Source of the DNA: Eledone cirrhosa
Lineage: Eukaryota
Length of the DNA: 64,000 nt
NCBI GenBank assembly: GCA_964016885.1
Contig: OZ024758.1
Span: forward strand, 4,526,001-4,590,000
Reading direction: 5' to 3'
Shown here piece by piece: positions 29,899 through 44,914 of this stretch. The notes below the pieces were generated by a model. It was not told where the DNA came from. It saw only the letters and a list, made by a program, of their open reading frames with translations, and ran no database searches. The position numbers and the translations under genes are program-made. Position 1 is the first letter of the stretch. Every line of letters begins with the position of its first letter.

Positions 29899-30362
29899 TA
29901 CAATATTAAATAAATGGAAAACTATATTTATAAAACCATATTTATTTCATTATATATATTTCGGGGATATCATATTAACAATATGCTATGCCTTCATCAG
30001 ACAAAATACAATATAAACAGTTTTATAGATAAATATATTCGACATACCGTAATAAACATCAACTTCATTTGGAGAGGTTTACGCTAGCAGTTATGTTTAT
30101 TACGGTAGAAGTTAATGTTTATTACGGTATGTCGAATATATTTATCTATAAAACTGTTTATATTGTATTTTGTCTGATGAAGGCATAGCATATTGTTAAT
30201 ATGATATCCCCGAAATATATATAATGAAATAAATATGGTTTTATAAATATAGTTTTCCATTTATTTAATATTGTAAATATACTCCAAATATTTGTCGAGT
30301 GCTTTTATATCAGTTATAAATATTTACTAGTTGTAACCCAACAATTTTAAATATAACTTTAC
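29899..30362 (+). mobile_element. Penelope-like insert (family A): 168-bp inverted repeat with two hammerheads plus tail
   Basis: Arms 29899-30066 / 30108-30275 are nearly identical. CTGATGA lies at 30174 (+) and 29994-30000 (-). The tail 30276-30362 matches 48400-48470. Confidence 0.75.
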
Positions 30363-30365
30363 TTG

Positions 30366-30441
<76 letters not shown>

Positions 30442-31184
30442 AGGCAATGCGGAAGACGTTTCAGTCGCTGTTTCAGTCAGTTCGGCTGGAATTAAACAGA
30501 CTTATGATGAAACGTATTCCAACCATGTCCATCTCGTTTATTTTTTTATGCTGATGTAACCCCAGCCTATATTATCGAATTTATCGGTTTCATATAGACG
30601 AAAGTTTGTAAAGTGATGACCTTTTCGCATATATTTCTAACAGAGAAAGCAACCACGTATCGATTTACTTATTAGATTATTACAATGCAGGAATGAATTA
30701 TCGTTATTAGACTCTAATATAAAGTCTAAATGAAGTAGACGATATTGAGAGAATTGAAGTTCATCCAGGATTCTATCATTTGTTTTTGATGTTAACTCAA
30801 GCTCCAATACACAGACTTATTGAACACTCCATTTTCTTTTTCATATTCACTCCTAAGTTTCTACATTAGTTTCGACTTTCCCCAATATTGGTACCACGTG
30901 TGAGTGTTAATCTTGAAACTTGCATCATCGTATTGATGTGAACCATAAATATGGTGATGTTGATGATGATGATGATGGTGGTGGTGGTGCTTGAGTGTGG
31001 GGTGGTGGGGAGAAATTATGTCGTTTGATGGTGGTGAGAAGAAGAAGAAGAAGATTAAGGCGAAGAAGAAGGCGAAGAAGAAGAAAAAGAAGGCAAAGAA
31101 GAAGAAGAAGAAGAAGAAGAAGGTGAAGAAGGCGAAGAAGGCGAAGAAGGTGAAGAAGAAGATGACGACGATGATGATTGAGTG

Positions 31185-31870
31185 TTGATTATGGTAGCTG
31201 TTGATGGTGGTGGTGGTGGTGATAATGGTAGTGGTGGTGGTGGTGGTGGTGGTGATAATGGTAGTGGTGGTGGTGGTGGTGGTGTTGATTATGGTAGCTG
31301 TTGATGGTGGTGGTGGTGGTGATAATGGTAGTGGTGGTGGTGGTGGTGATAATGGTAGTGGTGGTGGTGGTGGTGGTGGTGGTGGTGGTGTTGATTATGG
31401 TAGCTGTTGATGGTGGTGGTGGTGGTGATAATGGTAGTGGTGGTGGTGGTGGTGGTGGTGGTGTTGATTATGGTAGCTGGTGATGGTGGTGATGGTGGTG
31501 ATAATGGTAGTGGTGGTGGTGGTGGTGTTGATTATGGTAGCTGGTGATGGTGGTGGTGGTGGTGATAATGGTAGTGGTGGTGGTGGTGGTGGTGGTGGTG
31601 TTGATTATGGTAGCTGGTGATGGTGGTGGTGATAATGGTGGTGGTGGTGGTGATAATGGTGGTGGTGGTGGTGTTGATTATGGTAGCTGGTGATGGTGGT
31701 GGTGATAATGGTGGTGGTGGTGGTGATAATGGTGGTGGTGGTGTTGATTATGGTAGCTGGTGATGGTGGTGATGGTGGTGGTGGTGGTGGTGGTGATAAT
31801 GGTAGTGGTGGTGGTGGTATTTGTGGTGATTATGGTAATGCTGTTGCTGATGGTGATAATGGTAGCAGTA
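31185..31870. repeat. Compound minisatellite of ttgattatggtagctg / gataatggtagt anchors with (GGT)n
   Basis: About 8 anchor units with variable GGT run length. Confidence 0.85.
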
Positions 31871-32304
31871 CTATTGATGGCTGCGGTTTCGGTTGCAGAG
31901 GCAATATTAGTAAGGTCAAATTTTGTAGCCGTAAAACCATCGCTAATAACAGTGTTGTGCTTTATATTTTATCTTGTATAGGAGGCTGGCAATAATGTCA
32001 GATAATGATGATGAGATTGGGATCGAAGATGAGGTGTTGGTTCGTACATTTTTAAATGGATTGATGATAATGTTTATAACCTTTATAAACATTATAATTT
32101 AGCCATGCTAAAGTGGAGTATATATAAATTCAAATTAGCAAAATTTCGTAAATGAACAGGATGACTAACGGAAAGAAAGAGAACTATAAATGGCGACAAC
32201 GAAACAAGCTCACCACCATAACCACCGCCACACACACACAATGGCAACCACCAAAGATACCACTTCCGTTACCATCACAACAACATCTCTACAATAAGTA
32301 GCAG

Positions 32305-33097
32305 GTGGTTGTGATGGTGGTGGTGGTGGTGACGGTGGTGGTGGTGGTTGTGGAGGTGGTGATGATGGTGGTGGTTGCGATGGTGGTGGTGGTGGTGGTT
32401 GCGACGGTGGTGATGGTGGTGGTGGTGGTGGTGGTGGTGATGATGGTGAGGTTGGTGAACATGATAATGATGATGGTGATGATGGTGGTAGTAAAGATTA
32501 AGATGGTGGGGGTGGTGAGGGTGGTGGTGAGGGTGGGGGTGGGGGTGGTGATGACGGTGGTGGTGGTGGTGGTGGTGGTGGTAGTGGTGGTGGTGGTAGT
32601 GGTCGTGGTGGTGGTGGTGGTGGTGGTGGTAGTGGTGGTGATGGTAGTGGTGGTGATGGTGATGGTAGTGGTGGTGATGGTAGTGGTGGTGATGGTGGTG
32701 GTGGTGGTGGTGGTAGTGGTGATGGTGGTGGTGGTGGTGGTGGTGGTGGTGTTGGTGGTAGTGGTGATGGTGGTGGTGGTGGTGGTGGTGGTGGTGGTGA
32801 TGGTAGTGGTGGTGATGGTGGTGGTGGTGGTAGTGGTGGTAGTGATGGCTACGATGATTAAAATGATGATGGTGGAGGTGGCGGAGATTGTTATTAACGA
32901 TGATAAAAATGAACATAATTAAAATATTAATGATGATGATGATGATGATCACCTCCACACCACCACCACCACCATCACCACGATCACCACCAATATCATC
33001 ACCACCACCACCATCTTCACCACCACCACCACCACCTTCACCACCACCACCACCACCACCACCACCACCACCACCACCACCACCACCATCATCGTCA
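32305..33097. repeat. (GGT/GAT)n array followed by (CCA)n array
   Basis: Seen directly. It is the source of the poly-His, poly-Val and poly-Pro ORFs. Confidence 0.9.
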
Positions 33098-33446
33098 TTA
33101 TAATTATGATGATCATGATGTTGATGATGATGATTGTGATGATGTGGAGGAGGATGAAGCAGAAGAAGATAAGGATAATGAGGAGGATAATGAGAACAAC
33201 AAGAAGGAAGATGACAGTAAAGATGTTGGATTATTAGGATGAGGATAAGAGGGGGATGTAGGGGGACGGGGAGAAGGAGGAGGAGAGGAGGATAAGAGGG
33301 AGGTGTAGGGGAGAGGGGGTAAGAGGAAGGTGTAGTAGTAGTAGTAGTAGCAGCAGTAGTAGCAGTAGTAATAGTAGCAACAACAACAACAACAGCAGTA
33401 GTAGTATTAGTAGTAACAGTAGTAGTAGCAGCAACAGCAACAGCAA

Positions 33447-33481
<35 letters not shown>

Positions 33482-33797
33482 TGAGGATGTTTCGGAATTC
33501 CTGTTGAAGTATTGCAACAACTCTCGACATATTAAGATGGCGGCCAACTTGAAGAAGAATTTTAAGTTTAAATAGAATTCGTTCTGTTGATTATTCAGAC
33601 AGGATTAGAGATATGACTGCATGTCAGGGGATCAGGGCTGTATTAGTCAGCCTGTGGATTGCTTAAGTAATGGAGGAGAGGGGCGGGGGACAAAAGAAAT
33701 GGAAAGATTTCAGATAAGAGAAAAGACGAGGAAATGTTTGTAGAATATGGGTTATCATCGTGACTGAGTCATGGTAATAAGGAAGGAAAGATAGATG

Positions 33798-33850
<53 letters not shown>

Positions 33851-33954
33851 GTAGATAGGTAGATAGGGAGATGGATAGGTAGGTAGGTAGGTAGGTAGGT
33901 AGGTAGGTAGGTAGATAGATGGAGAGATAGATAGATGGATGGACGGATGGATAT

Positions 33955-34262
33955 ATTTCTTTATTTGCCACAGGGGCATACACAAATGGGGCATTACGAG
34001 ACGTGACGGCGGGGGTTTTACAGAAAAATAACTTCAACATTAATAAATAACAATAAACTATATCGGTTTCAACACACGATTTCAGATAAAGAATCTTGCT
34101 AAACAAATTCAGAAACGAAATAAACTATATATAATAAAATAACAATTGAAATCCCCAGTGTGGGGGGGGGGACGTTACTGCAGGGTTGTTTTACAACCCT
34201 CAACACCAGGAACACGTTTTGTCGATGTTCCTGTCTTCCCTCTGTTTATCTTCCTCAAACCT
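33955..34262 (-). mobile_element. LINE-like 3' end containing a nested family-B tail (34064-34118)
   Basis: The insert is flanked by aataaactatat at 34052-34063 and 34119-34130 and is absent from the 24210 copy. Confidence 0.65.
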
Positions 34263-34825
34263 ACAGGTTTATATACAGAGAAGGCCCATTTACTCGCACA
34301 GATAGATAGATACATAGGTAGATAGATATATTTCTTTATTTGCCACAAGGGAGCACAAGAAAAGGGGACAATACAGAGACATGCCGGGGATTTTACATAC
34401 AGTCGTGGATAGATAGATAGATAGTTAGATAGATAGATGCATATGTATGTGTATGCGCGGATACATAGAAATAATCGAGCTGGATACACGATCGGCTGGT
34501 TAAACCACTGGGAGTGAAGTACCCCTAGACTTTCTCAGGCCATCTTCTAGGAGAAGGCAATTCAGGAAACTGGGATAACCCCAACATATCTATTGTCACT
34601 CAGAGAGTGGGATTGGCTCAGTACACAGTCTTTCCTTTACAAAAATTCTTCACGCACAGGCATTGCACGGTAGCATTAATTGATAATTATTGATAATGTT
34701 ATAACGTACAATGGCCATACTCGATAACGAGGGGACAGCTAGCATTGAATTAATAAGGGGACAGCCATCATATATATATGTATGTATATATATATGTATG
34801 TATATATATATGTATGCATATAAAA

Positions 34826-34866
<41 letters not shown>

Positions 34867-34867
34867 C

Positions 34868-35090
34868 AATGAGTTATTTAATTTGTTGATTATTCAACAA
34901 ATTTAAGTTATAACAGATTAGAAGGACTCAACAGTTTCTTCTGGAGTATAATATCAATAATATTAATAAATGGAAACTATCTTTATACAACTATATTTAT
35001 TTTATTATATATATTTCAAGGGTACCAAAATTTTGGTTCCCACTCATCAGATAAAATACAAAAGTTTGTTTACAGATAGTGACATATTCA
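34868..35090 (-). mobile_element. Family A Penelope-like end with hammerhead and tail (divergent copy)
   Basis: Minus strand ttttat-CTGATGA-gtggg aaccaaaattttggt a ccctt-GAAA-tatata-TA-ataaaa, then a tail with ttgagtcct. Confidence 0.65.
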
Positions 35091-35152
35091 GACAAGAACT
35101 CAAAGTGAGTTCTATTTGAATAGTCCTATTCAAATTGAACTTACAACATTAC

Positions 35153-35211
<59 letters not shown>

Positions 35212-35328
35212 GTTTCCGTAGGAAAGTTAAAGGAAAAGAGAGTGCTCTATGTAGGCTACAGAGCTATTTAGTTATAACAAAAATATTTACATATATATAA
35301 ATATATATATATATATACATATATATAT

Positions 35329-35403
<75 letters not shown>

Positions 35404-35858
35404 CATACATATATACATACATATATACATACACATATATATATATATATGTATATATATGTGTATGTGTGTGTGTGTGTACGTGTGTATGTATTAATAT
35501 ACATGCAGTGAGTTGAATACTTTTGAGGAAGTATTTGTATTTGCATGGGCGTGGACTTACGTGTGTGAGTTGTATGTACGTCTGTGTATTTTGATATATA
35601 GGCGTAAATATAAGCTAGCTTATACGTCCATACTTCCATTCTCTTATCTAAAAATGCTAGTTAACAAAAACAAAAGCTAACAATCTATAAAATGTGTAAT
35701 AAACTATTTTAGCTCTTCAATATTAGGCTTGTCTCAAGAATGATGCGCACAACAGCTTGATATAAAATTACTGAATTCTATGACAGTTTCTTGTCATCTA
35801 AAAATAATCAAATAATTCTTTATAAAGGGACGCTGATTTGATCTGTCCATTCGCTACG

Positions 35859-35954
<96 letters not shown>

Positions 35955-35997
35955 ATATATGTATATATATATATGTATATATATGTGTGTGTGTGTG

Positions 35998-36044
<47 letters not shown>

Positions 36045-36049
36045 ATGTG

Positions 36050-36097
<48 letters not shown>

Positions 36098-36131
36098 TGT
36101 GTGTGTGTATGTATATATATATATATATGTG

Positions 36132-36172
<41 letters not shown>

Positions 36173-36657
36173 GCAAATGTATATATATTTCTGTATATAT
36201 ATATATATATATACATATATACATGTAGGCATGAATGTGCTAACATACATCCATACAATTGTGTTATTTGTAGCTACATGAGTGCACCAAACATCGTTGT
36301 AGGGAGTTGTTTCACAGAGACCAGCCACAAAGCTACGATTTATACATACTAACATTACTTCATCTCTAATGTTTTTTCATGCAGTTTCTCGGGTTTGTTA
36401 TATTATTTTCATTTTATTATATTATATATTTGAAATCTACATTTAGTTATGTGTTGTTATTGTTTCTAATTTTTAATCCACTTAACCTTTATCAACGACA
36501 GAGGACTTCAAACAGAAGAATTCTGCTTCTCTTAGCTGCCAACATTGTTTTGTCAGCTGTCATGTTTTAGTTTTTTTTATGGTAGCCATTAAAGACAAAC
36601 ACAATATCTCATAAGTTATTGTTGAGACCCAATAGATTGTTAGATTGTACATGTGAG

Positions 36658-36693
<36 letters not shown>

Positions 36694-36871
36694 GGAGAGG
36701 GGGGGAGTGAGAGAGAGGAAGAGATATGGAGTGAGAAGGAGTGTGTGTGAGAGAGAGAGAGAGAATGGGGAAGTAGAGAGAAAGAGTGGGAGAGAGAAAG
36801 AGAAATGGAGAGCGAGAGAGACTGTGAGAGTGGGTGTGTGTGAGAGAGAGAGAGAGAGTGAGAGAAAGAGA

Positions 36872-36949
<78 letters not shown>

Positions 36950-37151
36950 GTTAGTATGTGAAATAGACTGAATGAAAGAACGAAGGAGAAATTTTGGTTG
37001 GTGCAGTTAGTGAGACATGGAGAGGAAGAGAAGAAGAAAAGGAATATTCTGCCCTTGATGTTAAAGAAAATTGGAAAAGTACGTTATCAAACATGGAAGC
37101 CAAAACAATATTTAGGAAAATAGAAGGAATCGAAGTGGTATATGTAACAGA

Positions 37152-37198
<47 letters not shown>

Positions 37199-37433
37199 CA
37201 CCTCCTGATTATTACTGGAATTCTATAATACTCCAGCTCCTATGATTTTCGGCGAATGCAGGAGAATACGTGGCTGTGATGAACGCCAACCAGCATGAAA
37301 CAGACTGTCAGCTTCTCTCCCTTCTTTCACTGAAAAGAAGTAAGTGACATAGTCACTACTTTAAAAATGAATGATAGTGTATGGTTTACTAAATGTTTTT
37401 AATTAAACATACGGTATATTGCCAAATATACTC

Positions 37434-37508
<75 letters not shown>

Positions 37509-37511
37509 ATA

Positions 37512-37588
37512 TGGTGTCGTCAAGTTTGAAATTTGTAGAGATTTGTAGAAAAAAAAACATTTCTACAAATTTCATTTTGACGACCCAG
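37512..37588. mobile_element. ~80 bp mariner-type MITE
   Basis: TIR (t)gggtcgtcaa-like / ttgacgaccca with TA flanks. Second copy at 55243-55322. Confidence 0.7.
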
Positions 37589-37619
<31 letters not shown>

Positions 37620-38271
37620 TATAGGGTGCCCCACAAAGTTTCCCGTTTCAAATCCATCCTAATAAATATGTAATTTACATATTAAAGTACACAGTAATAA
37701 TAGTTTCTACTTTTGGCACAAGGCCAGCAATTATTCCAGTGTATTACTGGTACTTTATTTTATCGACCCCGTAAGGATGAAAATCGAGTATACAGTAACA
37801 ATGATTTACAAACATACGATTTTGTTCACTTTACCCTGAAAATTTGAAATGGAAAATATAATTCTAATAACTATACGATGTTCACTGTAAGAAGTTTATA
37901 TGTAGCTAATCTATACGTTTCTTTAATATTTGAATCTATACGCTGTATCTAATTAATTTCTACTTGTCACTGTGAGTCTAAAATTATCTGCTTATTAAAA
38001 CGATAAATCATACATTATATTTAAAATTATCCAAATTAAAATAGTAATGCGGTGCTATGAATGAATTAATTAAACAACGTTTAAGAAATCTTATGAATAT
38101 TAGTCGGACGGTTTTAGCTGAATTCTTCTGTTGGTACAATGACTATAAGTTTCTATTTTATAAGAAGAAATACATAAACATACATATGCTGATAGGGGAG
38201 AATCTCAAATAGAGATGTATTGTAGTGGAGAAGGTTTGCTTTGAAAAGTTTCATTGTAACTACTGGTGGGG

Positions 38272-38495
38272 TCGTAGTGAGATATTGATCATAGATACCC
38301 CACTCGTGGTGAGATTTTGGTCATAGTAAAACCACTCGTAGTGAGATCTTGATCATAGAAAACCCATTCGTAGTGAGACCTTGATCGTAGAAAGCCCCCT
38401 CGTAGTGAGATTTTGGTCATAGAAAGCCCACACGTGGTGAGAACTTGATCATAGAAAACCCACACGTGGTGAGATCTTGGTCATTAGAAAACCCA
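38272..38495. repeat. 32-bp minisatellite, 7 copies
   Basis: Consensus tcgtagtgagatcttgatcatagaaaacccac. Confidence 0.9.
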
Positions 38496-38649
38496 GCAAA
38501 AAAGAGAGGGTGATTATTTTGAGAATCACTCTATATGTGAATAATTTATATGTTGTTGAATAATATTTGTGTTTTCCTGCAAAATCTGTAGTTAATATGT
38601 TTTACCGTAGACAATTCCAACCTAAAGCTTATGAATGATAAAAGACTAA

Positions 38650-39040
38650 GAACAGGCTATTTTACCGGCCCCGATAAAATAGACAACCTGGCTATTTTGA
38701 CGGTAAATATAAATAAGGTTAGGTTTAGGGTTTAAATTGCCTTCGCACTTGCTGGTGAAAATAAACTTCTGTGTTAAATCTGTGTGATGTTATTTTGAAC
38801 ATTCCCTGCTTTCATAATAATTGTTGGGAGACGGGAAAGTCAATTAAATCGACCCCAGTGCATTACTGGTACTTTATTTTTTCGACCCCTTAAGGTTGAA
38901 AGACAAAGCTAACCTCGGTGACAGTTGAACTCAGACCATAAACGGCGGCAACGCTATGCTGCAGAGCATAGTGTCTCACACTCTTACCGGCAAAATAGCT
39001 TGGGGGTCTATTTTACCGGGACCGGAAAAATAGCCTCTTC
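38650..39040. mobile_element. TIR element (~55 bp imperfect TIRs) with a nested SINE at about 38815-38990
   Basis: gaacaggctattttaccggccccgataaaatagac / gtctattttaccgggaccggaaaaatagcctcttc, with an internal ggttaggtttagggtt. Confidence 0.65.
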
Positions 39041-39879
39041 GAAAACAACAAAAGATGTGATGGTATGGTAATATAGAAATACATGACCGGACATAGCTGA
39101 ATATTGATTTTGAAGTGAGTGTGGAGAGGAGTTATAATCGACATAGTTTTATGGATTCCTTTCACGAAAGTATTACGAACATGACTGAAGCGAAATTATT
39201 GTATTAAAGAATCGCCAATTGATGGAGGATTTGACTTATATAGAGCTTACATCATATTCAACAGCACGCGTTACTGGAATATATAATAATCATTTCGATG
39301 CCAGTTTTGTATAGAAGGAATGGGCAGAAAATTTCAAGTACGTTCAAGACAGCTAGGCTTAGTTTCTAAAAAGAAATATATAAAATGCCATCAATTTATA
39401 CTTATTCATTATACATCTGAATTTGTTTTCATTTAATCGTATATTTGGTTACAGAATTTTTTCTCTTCTTCAGATTTCATTTCGTGTAGATAAATTTCAG
39501 TGGAATTTGTAGCATGTAATTGCTAATGCATGTTGTTGGTTTCAGAAGTCTATATGCATTTACTTAGATAAACACCGATATATTTGCGTTATACGAAAGT
39601 AACAGGCGGAAACAATATTAGAAAAAGTAAAACGAGTATCTGTGCTCGAAAGTGACATGTAAATAAACCACCAACACTGTTAACATATATATACGTACAT
39701 ACGTATATACACTACTGCACATATATTAGAGATGTATGTGTATACAGCATATAGTTTTGAACATACGTATGTACTGAAAAAGGCACAAAAGAATACACGC
39801 CTACACTATCTTAATATATATATTTATATTGGATGTTTGTGATTTACATATATGTAGATGTTCAAATACACATACAATC

Positions 39880-39939
39880 AATTATATATATATATGTATA
39901 TATATATATGTATGCATATATATATATATGTATGTATGC

Positions 39940-40027
<88 letters not shown>

Positions 40028-40315
40028 ATATATATGTATGTATGCATATATATGTATGTATGCATATATATATGTATGTATGCATATATATATGTATGCG
40101 TATATATATATATATGTATATATATATATGTATGTATGTATGCGTATATATATGTATATATATGTATGTATGCGTATATATATATATATGTATATTTATA
40201 TATGTATGTATGCGTATATAAATGTATATATATATATATGTATGCGTATATATATATGTATATATATATATATGTATGCGTATATATATATATGTATATA
40301 TATATATGTATGTAT

Positions 40316-40350
<35 letters not shown>

Positions 40351-40637
40351 CGTATATATATATATGTATATTTATATATGTATGTATGCGTATATAAATG
40401 TATATATATATATATATATATGTATGTATGCGTATATATATATGTATATATGCGTATATATATATATATGTATATATATATGTATGCATATATATATATA
40501 TATATATGTGTGTATATATATGTATGTAAGCATATATATATATATATGTGTATATATTTGTATATATTTGTATATATTTATTTATATAATATATAATATA
40601 TATATAAATATATATATATTTATGTATATATTGTATA

Positions 40638-40678
<41 letters not shown>

Positions 40679-41799
40679 AAGAGAGAGAGAGAGAGAGGGG
40701 TATGTGTGTCTTTGTGTTTGTGAGTATGCATCAGTTTATGTAGGTGTGTGTATGTGCAGTACCATTTCATAGTGTGCCTTTCTACAACCTATATATGTAT
40801 ATGTACACATATTCTCTTACCAATGCCCACTTTAGAAATGTTGTATGTATTCTTCATGTATTTCCAAGTTTATTCAAATATACACACACACAACCTCTCT
40901 TCCACACACACATACACACACACAACCTCTCTTCCACACACACATACTCACACACAACCTCTCTTTCACACACACACAAACACAAAACCACTCTTTTCAA
41001 ACACACACACACACGCGGGCGCATCTCAGTCATATCCTTTTCCAAAACTGCCTACTTGTAAGCATCTCCTGTTGCTTCTTCTTTGTAATATATATATATA
41101 CACACACACACATATATATATATATATACTCATATATATGTATATATATATATATATATATATTCTCATCCACCATCTGGTGGATATATATATATATATA
41201 CATATATGTGTATATATATATATGTGTATATACATACATATATGTATATATATATATATACATACATATATGTATATATATATATATACATACATATATG
41301 TATATACATATATATACATACATATATGTATATATATATATATACATACATATATGTATATATATATATATACATACATATATGTATATATATATATACA
41401 TACATATATGTATATATATATATATACATACATATATGTATATATATATATATACATACATATATGTATATATATATATATACATACATATATGTATATA
41501 TATATATATACATACATATATGTATATATATATACATACATATATGTATATATATATACATACATATATGTATATATATATATATACATACATATATGTA
41601 TATATATATATATACATACATATATGTATATATATATACATACATACATATATGTATATATATATATACATACATACATATATGTATATATATATATACA
41701 TACATATATGTATATATATATATACATACATATATGTATATATATATATACATACATATATGTATATATATATATACATACATATATGTATATATATAT

Positions 41800-41836
<37 letters not shown>

Positions 41837-41917
41837 CATACATATATATATATATATATACATATACATACATATATATATATATATATACATACATACA
41901 TATATATATATACATAC

Positions 41918-41950
<33 letters not shown>

Positions 41951-42130
41951 CATACATATATGTATATATATATACATATATGTATGTATATATATATACA
42001 CATATGTATATATATATATACACATATGTATATATATATATACACATATATATATGTATATATATATATGCACACGTGTGTGCATGTAAATACATATACA
42101 CATTTATATATGTATGCATGTATGTGTAGG
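39880..42130. repeat. Two long TA/TG/CA compound microsatellite arrays
   Basis: Arrays at 39880-40680 and 41085-42130. Confidence 0.9.
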
Positions 42131-42158
42131 AAAACACATATATGTGTGGGGGGGGTGA

Positions 42159-42203
<45 letters not shown>

Positions 42204-42743
42204 TCCTATTTCTGTAAATGTACAAGAAAGTCGTATGAAATCATTTAAAAGCACCTTATGAATATAGAAATAGAGAAGATGTGAAGAGAGCGAGAGGTTT
42301 AGTTGGAGAGAGTAACGTGGTGAAAGGAGTAAAAATACATAAGACAAACCGTAAGAGGGAGAAAAATCATATGAATACCTACATATATTTACGTAGAATA
42401 TGAGAAAAAGGCAAGATGGGAGTGGAAGACAGAAGGTAATAAGACGATACAGAAAGACTCTTTCATTCTAATGGCAAGGTGTACTTTTACAAGGCAATGT
42501 TCAATCTCGTAATGGAAAACTTTGTGTATATGTTAGACAGGAGCCTTCGTTCCTTTTTCTTTAAGATCTTTAACAAGACATAAATTGCCGTTCTACTGTT
42601 CCCATGGGACTACTAGGTTTCTTACTCAGCACTTTACATCTTTAACCAATATATGTAACCACTTATAAATGTATAGATATACTCATATATATATATATAG
42701 ATATATATATATAAGTGTGTATGTATGTATGTATGTATGTATG

Positions 42744-42775
<32 letters not shown>

Positions 42776-42856
42776 AATGGAAAAAAATAACAACACAATC
42801 GGTACACTATATAGTAGGAATATATTAGGCTAACGCTGGAAATAGCAGGAAGAGGG

Positions 42857-42892
42857 TCTTAACATTTCGGACGCTAGTCCTTCATCATAAGA
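42857..42892 (-). ncRNA. Degenerate minimal hammerhead motif
   Basis: Minus strand tctt-ATGATGA-a-ggac tagc gtcc-GAAA-tg-TT-aaga. C3 is mutated. GAAATGTT is probably CpG decay of the palindromic GAAACGTT. Confidence 0.5.
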
Positions 42893-42991
42893 ATGAATGA
42901 GAAATTGGATAGATTGAATTAGATAGATTGCACAGGCATTATTTATTAGAATACTCTTTAAAGTGTGTATATATATTTTTTTAGGAACACC

Positions 42992-43061
<70 letters not shown>

Positions 43062-43183
43062 TTATATATATATTATATTGAAACGTAAATCTCACTTTGA
43101 ACAGTTTATTCCCCAAACGAGGAGCACCATGAAAAGAGTGCTCCAAAACGTGGAGAATTGATGCAAAGTAATGAGATATTATA

Positions 43184-43371
43184 TAATTGTTTCTACTTTT
43201 GGCACAAGGCCAGCAATAAACCAGTACATTACTGGTACTTTATTTTATCGATCCCGTAAGAATGAAATGCAAAGTTAATCTCGGCGGGATTTGAACTCAG
43301 AATGGAAAGGACCGTAACTCTATGCGTCAAAGCATGACGTCCGACCCTCTACCGATACTGCCAATCCACCG
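43184..43371 (-). mobile_element. Main-family SINE with TSD
   Basis: Flanks atgagatattatataat / atgagatgttacataat. Confidence 0.85.
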
Positions 43372-44914
43372 ATGAGATGTTACATAATGAAAGCTATACC
43401 CATTTTCGCAAGAAAAGACATCTCTCACCAACACCTCCCACCTTCGAAATGGGTGGGAGTGTTCCCCGTCGGACGGGGAGAGCTGAGAAGTCAGTGCATA
43501 CCAATAACTATTTACTTATTTCTCGAAACGTTAGCGGCACAAATTAAATGAAAGTGTTTCAAATATAATGACGGTGCCTAGTATGGCCTCAGCTTGGTGA
43601 CTGGAACGCGTCATAGAGTGATAAAGTAATATACCGAAAGATGGTAGTATCTGCATCGTGAGGTTTTACTGAGTTCCTGCTTGATTGATCACATTCAAGC
43701 CTATATTCATATATATCATTGATCTTGTCTTGACTATAGGAAAACCGCAAATCTCAGAATCTGGGGTACTACGAGGTATCGGGCACGCTCTTCTGGTAGA
43801 GATACTTGGCAAGCAAAGCTTTTTGAGTCGTATTCCGTATATGGAAGAAGTTTAACAGTCCGACAAATGGAATATTTCTAATATTGTGTGTAAATCGTAA
43901 TTTTTCGTCTTATTCATCTTGATAAAAGGCAAAGGTAACCTCGGCAGAATTTGAACTCAGAATATAAAGGGCCATAACTCTATGTCGATAAGCTTGTTAT
44001 CCGACGCTCTACCAATTCTGCCAATCCAGCCCCCTTACTAGCTATATCTGTATACGAGGCGTAGTTTTAATATTTGGACATAGGTAGATTTAGCTATTAT
44101 TTTCAGCAGTTTCTTCGTGTAGAAGTCCCATTGTTAGCTCGTGAGAGGAAGATATTGGTTACTATAGTGTAACATTGTAAGAATAGCTCAACTTGTTTGA
44201 CAATGTTCACCACACCGATGGATGAATTATTGATCCAAATTTCTTGTCACGTTATTGTGTTTTAACAATAGCCGAAGATTGTCTTTCCTTTTCACAATAG
44301 AATTAATGTTAGTGATTGCTTGTTACTCAGAAATTCTTTTAATCCCTAGTCAAATCTTCTTTTAAACATTACTAACTGCTTGTATGGGAAATTAACATCT
44401 GTTTAAAAGGGATATAAAAGTCAATGACATGTTTGATGAGTTGCCAGTCTCTGTGGAAACTGTGCAAGCACTTGTTGATGCCGTTTGCTCGCATGCATCA
44501 TTAATTTGCACGTGTTGTGTTTTAATTCTATGGTAAACCATACTTTTTCCCACAAATATCATGTGCTTCACAAACCAATTATAATTCTTTATACACATAA
44601 AAAGACAACAAATTGTTGATAAATCATTGAAAATAAATAATGTAACAAAATATATTTTAAAAAAAAACATGGATTATATTTTTGCCTTTTTTAAATACAC
44701 ATCATTCAATTTTATTATCAATTTTACCACTGGCACCGCATGGATTGTCCCGGCTCTGAATTAGAACAATTACACTTCTGGAAAGATACCTGTCCTTTAG
44801 GTTGGGGACTTTGATCTAGCTTTAGACAATTACCCAAATATCAAAGCAGCCAAGTAGTATGGAAGCATAAACTATAATTGACTGAATAACAGAAATAAAA
44901 AGTCTAAAGTCAAT

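Noticed and set aside
32275-32958. Poly-His ORF reminiscent of His-rich cephalopod proteins
   Set aside because: Pure (CCA/CAT)n microsatellite with no unique sequence or splice support.
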